The notes under the pieces are model-generated. The model was not told the DNA's origin, did not search any database, and saw nothing but the letters and a program-made list of their open reading frames with translations. A program made the translations under genes and the position numbers. From an uncultured Bacilli bacterium (GTDB lineage Bacteria > Bacillota_I > Bacilli_A > RF39 > UBA660), in assembly GCA_944371445.1 (NCBI GenBank), contig CALVXR010000034.1, forward strand, positions 1-42,408: DNA of 42,408 nucleotides, read 5' to 3'. This document shows positions 36,597-42,408 of the stretch, in pieces. Position 1 is the stretch's first letter. Each line of letters starts with the position of its first letter.

Positions 36597-37586
36597 ATGT
36601 TATGTAAAAAGTGTGGTTATTTATTAGGAGCGAATGATACATATTGTATAAATTGCGGTGAACCTGTAGAAAATAAAGAAGAAAATATAGAAAATGTGAG
36701 TAATCAAAAAGAAGACAGTTTGGAAGTTTTAAATCTAAATGATTCATTTAATGAAGATTCTTTAGTAAATGTTACAATAGGTGATACTAAATTTGAAAAT
36801 AATATAGAAGAAAATAATATGTTTGATTTAGATAAACCTTTAAAAGAAAGTAAACTAGATAATGAAGAAAATTACAATCTAGATGAAAATATAACTCAAG
36901 AAGAGCCAAAAGAAGAAATAGAAAGTTTAGATTTAAAAGAAAAATTTGAAGTAAAAGAAAGTAAAAATAAATCAAACAATAGTTTCTTAATGGGATTATT
37001 AATAGGTCTATTATTAATGGTAATTGCAATTGCCGTTACATATGTACTTACTAGAAAATTAGTAAATAATAACGAAAAGATAGAAGAAACTAATGTAGTA
37101 ACTGAAAATAAAGATTATAAAATTAATTATTTAGGAAATATTGTTAAAATTCCTGAAGAGTATTTATATGAAGTGAAAAATAATGAATTATTAATTTCTG
37201 CAGAAGATAATAATTGGACATCAGAAACAGGATTATTAGTTGCTGATTTTGATAAATTAAAAAACAATTTTGCACAAATCAAAAACAATGTAATAACTCT
37301 TGGATTTACTGTAGGAAATATTGAAGTGAAAAAAATAAATAATAAAGAACATATTGTTATAGAAATTATGTCACAAATGGGTGTTAAGTTTCTATGTGTA
37401 TATACAAAAGCAGATGATAAGTCAGTATTTTATACAGTACTAGCTTCTAAAGATAACACATATGATTATAATGCTTTAGAAGAATTTTCTCACATTATAT
37501 CAAATGTAGAAAAAACAAATAATGTAGGAACATTAAATCCATCATTAAATAATGTTTATATGAGTTCATTTATATTAATGCCATAA
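36597..37586 (+). CDS. Zinc-ribbon membrane protein of unknown function
   Basis: N-terminal CKKCG...CINCG ribbon, an acidic low-complexity linker, one TM helix (FLMGLLIGLLLMVIAIAVTYVL), and an extracytoplasmic domain of about 170 aa. Confidence 0.6.
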   Translation: MLCKKCGYLLGANDTYCINCGEPVENKEENIENVSNQKEDSLEVLNLNDSFNEDSLVNVTIGDTKFENNIEENNMFDLDKPLKESKLDNEENYNLDENITQEEPKEEIESLDLKEKFEVKESKNKSNNSFLMGLLIGLLLMVIAIAVTYVLTRKLVNNNEKIEETNVVTENKDYKINYLGNIVKIPEEYLYEVKNNELLISAEDNNWTSETGLLVADFDKLKNNFAQIKNNVITLGFTVGNIEVKKINNKEHIVIEIMSQMGVKFLCVYTKADDKSVFYTVLASKDNTYDYNALEEFSHIISNVEKTNNVGTLNPSLNNVYMSSFILMP

Positions 37587-37610
37587 AGTATAACTTTCGT
37601 TATACTTTTT
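37585..37610 (+). terminator. Intrinsic terminator
   Basis: AAAGTATAAC-TTTC-GTTATACTTT followed by a T-run. Confidence 0.7.
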
Positions 37611-37614
37611 ACTA

Positions 37615-37643
37615 TTGTTAAAATAGTTATAATATATTATAAT
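37615..37643 (+). promoter_or_regulatory. Sigma-A-type promoter
   Basis: TTGTTA, 17-nt spacer, TATAAT. Confidence 0.55.
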
Positions 37644-37663
37644 TAATAAGAGAGGTAATGATT

Positions 37664-38383
37664 ATGGAAAAAATTAATATTCCCAACCACGTTGCTATTA
37701 TAGTTGATGGTAATGGAAGATGGGCAAAAAAACAAGGAAAAAATAGAAGCTATGGTCACAAAAAAGGCTTTGAAAGATTAGAAGAAATAATAAAATATGC
37801 ATCTTCAAAAAACATAAAAGTCCTTAGTTTATATGTTTTTTCAACAGAAAATTTTAAAAGAAGTAAAGAAGAAGTAGATTATCTAATGAATTTATTTGAA
37901 AAAAATTTGACAAAATTTTCAGATGAATGTTCTAAAGAAAATATGAAGATATTTTTCTCTGGAAGAAAGAAACCATTAAACGATAAAATAATAAAAATGA
38001 TGAGTGAAATAGAGGAAAAAACAAAAGAAAACACTGGAACTATAATAAATTTTTGTTTGAATTATGGAGGAAGAGCTGAAATAGTAGATGCTGTTAAAAA
38101 AATAGCTAATAATTTGACACTAGAACAAATAAATAATTTGGATGAAAATGAATTTAAGAAATATTTGTATCATGAATTACCAGATATAGATTTTATGATT
38201 AGAACCAGTGGAGAACAGAGATTAAGTAATTTTTTACTTTGGCAAAATTCATATGCAGAATTTTATTTTCCAGAAGTACAATTTCCTGATTTTACAAAAG
38301 AAGAGTTTGATAAAGCAATATTAGAATATCAAAAAAGAAATAGAAGATTTGGAGGTATAGTATATGAAAACAAGAATAATTAG
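37664..38383 (+). CDS. uppS: Undecaprenyl diphosphate synthase
   Basis: HVAIIVDGNGRWA, IRTSGEQRLSNFLLWQ and RRFGG motifs. ATG 37664 lies 8 nt after GAGAGG; ATG 37658 is too close to the SD. Confidence 0.93.
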   Translation: MEKINIPNHVAIIVDGNGRWAKKQGKNRSYGHKKGFERLEEIIKYASSKNIKVLSLYVFSTENFKRSKEEVDYLMNLFEKNLTKFSDECSKENMKIFFSGRKKPLNDKIIKMMSEIEEKTKENTGTIINFCLNYGGRAEIVDAVKKIANNLTLEQINNLDENEFKKYLYHELPDIDFMIRTSGEQRLSNFLLWQNSYAEFYFPEVQFPDFTKEEFDKAILEYQKRNRRFGGIVYENKNN

Positions 38384-39164
38384 TGCAGTTATAGCATTAC
38401 TTATATTTGTGCCGATATTTATAAAAGGTGGATTTATATTTGATTTGGCTATCATATTAGTATCACTTTTAGGACTTAAAGAATTTATAGAAATAAAAGA
38501 AACAAAAAAACAATTACCAATATTTATAAAACTAGTTACATATATTATAATGGTATTGATTTTATTAGTTGGTACAACTTCAGAAGAATTATCATTTTCA
38601 CTTGATCTTAGAATAATAACAGGCATATTCTTAGTTTATTTAATACCATCAGTTTTATATCATGATAGAAGTATATATAGTATTACTGATGCATTTTATT
38701 TAATTGGTGGAATATTTTTCTTGGGGACAAGTTTCTATTTATTAATGTTTGTAAGAAATACAAGTTTAGCTTTGATTATTTATTTATTTTGTATATCTAT
38801 ATTTACAGATACATTTGCCTATGTAACAGGTTATTTTATAGGTAGAAATAAACTTATAGAAGAAATATCTCCTAAAAAAACAATAGAGGGGATGATTGGT
38901 GGAACTGTTATGGGTGTAGTAATTAGTACATGGTTTTATCTAACTGTTATTGATAGTGAAATTGCACTTTCATCAATAGTTATAACATCTTTATTTTTAT
39001 CTATTATAGGACAATTGGGAGATTTAGTTTTTTCCGCAATAAAAAGATATTATAATAAAAAAGATTTTTCTAATATAATGCCAGGACACGGTGGTGTTTT
39101 AGATAGATTAGACAGTATAATTTTTATTTTATTAGGATTTATGTTTTTTATGACAATTATATAG
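38364..39164 (+). CDS. cdsA: Phosphatidate cytidylyltransferase
   Basis: Signature SAIKRYYNKKDFSNIMPGHGGVLDRLDS in a multi-pass membrane protein. Confidence 0.9.
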   Translation: MKTRIISAVIALLIFVPIFIKGGFIFDLAIILVSLLGLKEFIEIKETKKQLPIFIKLVTYIIMVLILLVGTTSEELSFSLDLRIITGIFLVYLIPSVLYHDRSIYSITDAFYLIGGIFFLGTSFYLLMFVRNTSLALIIYLFCISIFTDTFAYVTGYFIGRNKLIEEISPKKTIEGMIGGTVMGVVISTWFYLTVIDSEIALSSIVITSLFLSIIGQLGDLVFSAIKRYYNKKDFSNIMPGHGGVLDRLDSIIFILLGFMFFMTII

Positions 39165-39173
39165 GAGGGTGAA

Positions 39174-40214
39174 ATGACATTAATATACTTTATAATTGTA
39201 CTTGGTGTTACGATATTAATTCATGAATTTGGTCACTTTATATTTGCTAAAAAAGCCGGAATATATATATATGAATTTTCTATAGGAATGGGACCTAAAC
39301 TGTTTTCATTTAGAAGAAAAAACGATGAAACTCTTTATGCCATAAGGTTATTTCCAATTGGTGGTTATGTTCAAATGGCTGGAGAAGAAGTAGAACCAGA
39401 CGAAAATATTCCAAAGAATAAAAGATTACAGTCAAAAACTTGGTTACAAAGATTTTCAACAGTTATTGCAGGTGTTTTATTTAATTTTTTACTTGCTATT
39501 ATATTGTTTTTTATAATTGCTTTAATAGAAGGTGCACCTAGTAAAGAAGCTTATATCGGTGTAATAGAAAAAAACTCTAGTGCTTATAATACTAATTTAA
39601 AAGTAGATGATAAAATATTGAAATTAAATGGTAAAAATGTAAGTTCTGCAGACTTTCTTTTATTAGAACTTCAAATTGAGTATGGAAATAATTTAGAATT
39701 TACTGTTGAGCACAAAAATGGCAAAAAAGAAGAAATAATTATAGAACCATCAAAAGAAATAGAAGATGGTGAAAGAGTATATAAATATGGGTTTGGTGTT
39801 AAAACAAAAGTTCAAAAAGGTATAATACCTTCAATAAAATACGCTTTTGAAAAAACATATAGTTTATTAAATCAAATGATACGTATAATATTTTACTTAT
39901 TTACAGGTAAGATTGGTATAGATTCATTTGCTGGACCTATTGGTATTTATAATATAGTAGGTGAGAGCGCTAAAGCTGGATTTATAAATATAATATTTTT
40001 AATAGCATATTTATGTGTAAATGTAGGATTTATTAATTTACTTCCTATACCAGCTTTTGATGGTGGTAGAATTTTATTTATGATAATTGAAAAAATAAAA
40101 GGAAAACCAGTGAGTCCTAAAACAGAAAATATGATACATTTGATTGGAATGATATTTTTATTCTCACTTATGATTGTAATAACATTTAATGATATATTAA
40201 GATTGATTAAATAA
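39174..40214 (+). CDS. rseP: Site-2 protease RseP/RasP (M50)
   Basis: HEFGHF zinc motif, a central PDZ-like region, and NLLPIPAFDGG. Confidence 0.9.
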   Translation: MTLIYFIIVLGVTILIHEFGHFIFAKKAGIYIYEFSIGMGPKLFSFRRKNDETLYAIRLFPIGGYVQMAGEEVEPDENIPKNKRLQSKTWLQRFSTVIAGVLFNFLLAIILFFIIALIEGAPSKEAYIGVIEKNSSAYNTNLKVDDKILKLNGKNVSSADFLLLELQIEYGNNLEFTVEHKNGKKEEIIIEPSKEIEDGERVYKYGFGVKTKVQKGIIPSIKYAFEKTYSLLNQMIRIIFYLFTGKIGIDSFAGPIGIYNIVGESAKAGFINIIFLIAYLCVNVGFINLLPIPAFDGGRILFMIIEKIKGKPVSPKTENMIHLIGMIFLFSLMIVITFNDILRLIK

Positions 40215-40216
40215 AC

Positions 40217-40246
40217 AAAAAAGAATTGACTTACCAATTCTTTTTT
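40217..40246. terminator. Bidirectional terminator shared by rseP and glmS
   Basis: AAAAAAGAATTG-ACTTAC-CAATTCTTTTTT, with A/T runs on both sides. Confidence 0.75.
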
Positions 40247-42014
40247 ATTCTACTGTTACAGATTTAGCTAAATTTTTAGGTTTATCAATATCACAATTCC
40301 TCTTTTTAGCTACAATATATCCTATCATTTGCATAGGTATAATAGTTAAAATAGGATTAACAAAATCATTAATATCAGGAATATTTATTTTAATATTATA
40401 GGAATCATCTGGGATAATACTATTAGTAATTGCTATGACAAAAGCACCTCTTGAGATAACTTCTTTATTATTACTAATTGTTTTATCTTTTAGTTCTTTA
40501 TTAGTTATTACACTTATAACAGGTGTATTTTTTTTAATTAAAGATATCGTTCCATGCTTTAATTCGCCTGCAGCATATGCTTCACTGTGAATATAAGATA
40601 TTTCTTTTAATTTTAAACTACCTTCCATAGAAAGATAATAATCTATACTTCTACCTATAAAAAATATATCTTCCTTTTTATAAATAATTTCAGCTATTTC
40701 TTCATATGAACTATTAATTAGTAATTTAACTTCTTCACTGATTTTATTAAAATCATTTAAATATTCTTCGTATTCTTTTTTACTAATATAATTTTTTTCA
40801 TATGAAGTTTTAAGTGCTAATAAAGATAGGGTAGTTATTTGAGCTAAATAAGCTTTAGTAGTTGCTACAGCTATTTCAATTCCAGCATAGGTATATATTA
40901 TTTCATCTGATTCTCTTGCTATAGAACTTTCTTTTACATTAACAATAGAAAGTGTATCAATCCTTTTTTCTTTTGCTAATTTTAATGCAGCAAGTGTATC
41001 AGCTGTTTCACCAGATTGTGATATAAATATAGCTAGATTATTTTTCTCTTTAAAAATAGGTGAATATCTATATTCAGAAGCTATATGAACATCTACTTTA
41101 ATATCAGCATATTTTTCAAATAAATATTTTCCTACTAATCCTGCGTGATAAGCACTACCACAAGCAATAATATCTATTTTATTATATTTATCTAAACTTT
41201 TAATATTTTTTAATTCTTTTATTGTTTTAGATATTACTTCTGGCTCTTCATTTATTTCTTTTAACATAAAGTGTTCGTATCCATTTTTGTTAACATTATT
41301 ATTATCTCCATTAAATGTATTTGAATTTTTCTCAATCACTTTATGATCATTATAAAACGTTACATAATCTTTTTCTATAACAGCTATTTCATAATTATCT
41401 AAAAGATAATATTTATTAGTATAATTAAGTATAGCAGGAACATCAGATGCGATAAAAAATCCATCGTTACTTTTTCCAACAATTAAAGGACTTTCTTTTC
41501 TAAGAGCATATATTTTGTCTTTTTCATCACTACATATAATTCCAAAAGCAAAAGAGCCTTTTAGTTCATATTTTATTTTTTCTAAAGTTTCTAATATATC
41601 ATTAGTTTGTTTATAATTATAGTCAATATAAGCTGCAGCTACTTCTGAGTCTGTATCACTTAAGAAAGTATAACCTTTTTTTATAAGTGTATTTTTTATT
41701 TCTTTGTAATTTTCTATTATACCATTATGTACTAAAGTAATTTTACCTATAGTATGTGGATGAGCATTTTTAAAGTTTGCTTTTCCATGCGTTGCCCATC
41801 TAGTATGAGCTATACATAGATAAGTATTTTTTTTTAAATCTAATTTTTTTTCTAGATTAATAATTTTTCCACTTGTTTTAATTAGTTTTATTTTGTCTTC
41901 TATTACGTAAGCAACACCAGCTGAATCATATCCTCTATATTCCAAAGATTTTAAACTACTAATAACAACTGGAAGAGCTTTCTTTTTTCCAATATAACAT
42001 GCAATACCACACAT
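40245..42014 (-). CDS. glmS: Glutamine--fructose-6-phosphate aminotransferase
   Basis: True start MCGIACY (Cys2 nucleophile) at 42014, with a GGAGG RBS. Two SIS domains and a C-terminal KSVTVE. The track's upstream extension runs through the ribozyme. Confidence 0.95.
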   Translation of the reverse strand: MCGIACYIGKKKALPVVISSLKSLEYRGYDSAGVAYVIEDKIKLIKTSGKIINLEKKLDLKKNTYLCIAHTRWATHGKANFKNAHPHTIGKITLVHNGIIENYKEIKNTLIKKGYTFLSDTDSEVAAAYIDYNYKQTNDILETLEKIKYELKGSFAFGIICSDEKDKIYALRKESPLIVGKSNDGFFIASDVPAILNYTNKYYLLDNYEIAVIEKDYVTFYNDHKVIEKNSNTFNGDNNNVNKNGYEHFMLKEINEEPEVISKTIKELKNIKSLDKYNKIDIIACGSAYHAGLVGKYLFEKYADIKVDVHIASEYRYSPIFKEKNNLAIFISQSGETADTLAALKLAKEKRIDTLSIVNVKESSIARESDEIIYTYAGIEIAVATTKAYLAQITTLSLLALKTSYEKNYISKKEYEEYLNDFNKISEEVKLLINSSYEEIAEIIYKKEDIFFIGRSIDYYLSMEGSLKLKEISYIHSEAYAAGELKHGTISLIKKNTPVISVITNKELKDKTISNNKEVISRGAFVIAITNSIIPDDSYNIKINIPDINDFVNPILTIIPMQMIGYIVAKKRNCDIDKPKNLAKSVTVE

Positions 42015-42044
42015 ATTAATCCTCCTTGTCTTAAAATAAAAAAT

Positions 42045-42177
42045 ATGTATGATATATGATTTGTTACAATGTTTATTTTGTTTTTTGCACATATCTAACG
42101 GATTACACATCCGAAGTAGCATCCGCCGAAATTTCGATAACTACTTACCTCGTCACCTATTTAAAGGTCTGGCGCTC
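42045..42177 (-). ncRNA. glmS ribozyme (GlcN6P-dependent self-cleaving leader)
   Basis: The minus strand reads A/GCGCCAGACC...GGUGACGAGGUAAGUAGUUAUCGAAAUUUCGGCGGAUGCUACUUCGGAUGUGUAAUCCG. This matches the conserved core AGCGCCAGA...GACGAGG...GUUAUCGAAUUUUCGGCGGAUGC recalled from Bacillus. P3 is CGGAU/AUCCG and P4 is GAUAUGUG/CAUAUAUC. Confidence 0.85.
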
Positions 42178-42223
42178 ATTTTAATATTTTTACGATCCTC
42201 CTTAAAATAATAAAACTAAAATA

Positions 42224-42252
42224 ATTATAAAAAAATTGCTAATTTTTTTCAA
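42224..42252 (-). promoter_or_regulatory. Promoter of glmS leader
   Basis: Minus strand: TTGAAA (42252-42247), 17-nt spacer, TATAAT (42229-42224). Confidence 0.55.
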
Positions 42253-42331
42253 CCTTTAGCTAAAAAATATATTTTTTTTTTAAATTATGCTATTGCTTTA
42301 AAAAAACATAAATAAAAAACAAGTTTTTGAT

Positions 42332-42352
42332 AAAAAGGCAAAATGCCCCTTT
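42332..42352 (-). terminator. Probable terminator of a minus-strand gene beyond the window edge
   Basis: Minus strand: AAAGGGGC-AUUUU-GCCUUUUU. Confidence 0.4.
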
Positions 42353-42408
42353 CCCCATATGAAGATACATGAGAATAAACTTGTTTATTATGTTCAACTG
42401 TATAATAT

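Noticed and set aside
42315-42395. A long-range imperfect inverted repeat, AAACAAGTTT ... AAACTTGTTT, at the right edge of the window.
   Set aside because: It is truncated by the window end and cannot be interpreted. The GC-containing hairpin inside it is already explained as a minus-strand terminator.
1-42408. The possibility of an alternative genetic code (TGA=Trp), given the Mollicutes-like base composition, and the possibility of CRISPR arrays.
   Set aside because: TGA cleanly terminates well-aligned genes: the AT3 gene at 15531-15533, the U32 gene at 26213-26215 and ltaS at 35577-35579. I saw no regularly spaced direct repeats of 25-40 nt in any intergenic region.

Overview
Very AT-rich Bacillota-type chromosomal window. 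Genetic code 11 applies, since TGA is used as a stop. Nearly all genes lie on the + strand and most are housekeeping. Blocks whose order I recognise from memory of Bacillus subtilis: nfo plus a YqfT-like small gene; a class B PBP, rpmG and efp; L20 leader-infC-rpmI-rplT; ireB-ruvX-DUF1292-mltG-trmR-like-U32-U32-greA; CIRCE-hrcA-grpE-dnaK-(pepF)-dnaJ; ltaS; tRNA-Cys and tRNA-Gly; uppS-cdsA-rseP; and a convergent glmS with its ribozyme leader. Accessory content: (1) a self-contained two-gene cassette of unknown function (4429-6113) with its own promoter; (2) directly beside it, an IS110-family insertion sequence (about 6141-7616) whose non-coding ends show the kind of guide/end complementarity expected of a bridge or seek RNA; (3) an envelope-glycan locus with a fused GT2-GT4, a polytopic membrane protein, and separate SGNH and AT3 genes. 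Unusual variants of core genes: L20 with a Rho_N/SAP-like tail, GrpE with a His/Cys-rich N-terminus, pepF inserted between dnaK and dnaJ, and an orphan gene splitting the trmR/U32 cluster. I found no CRISPR array, rRNA or prophage structural genes. All family assignments come from motif recognition by eye, not from searches.
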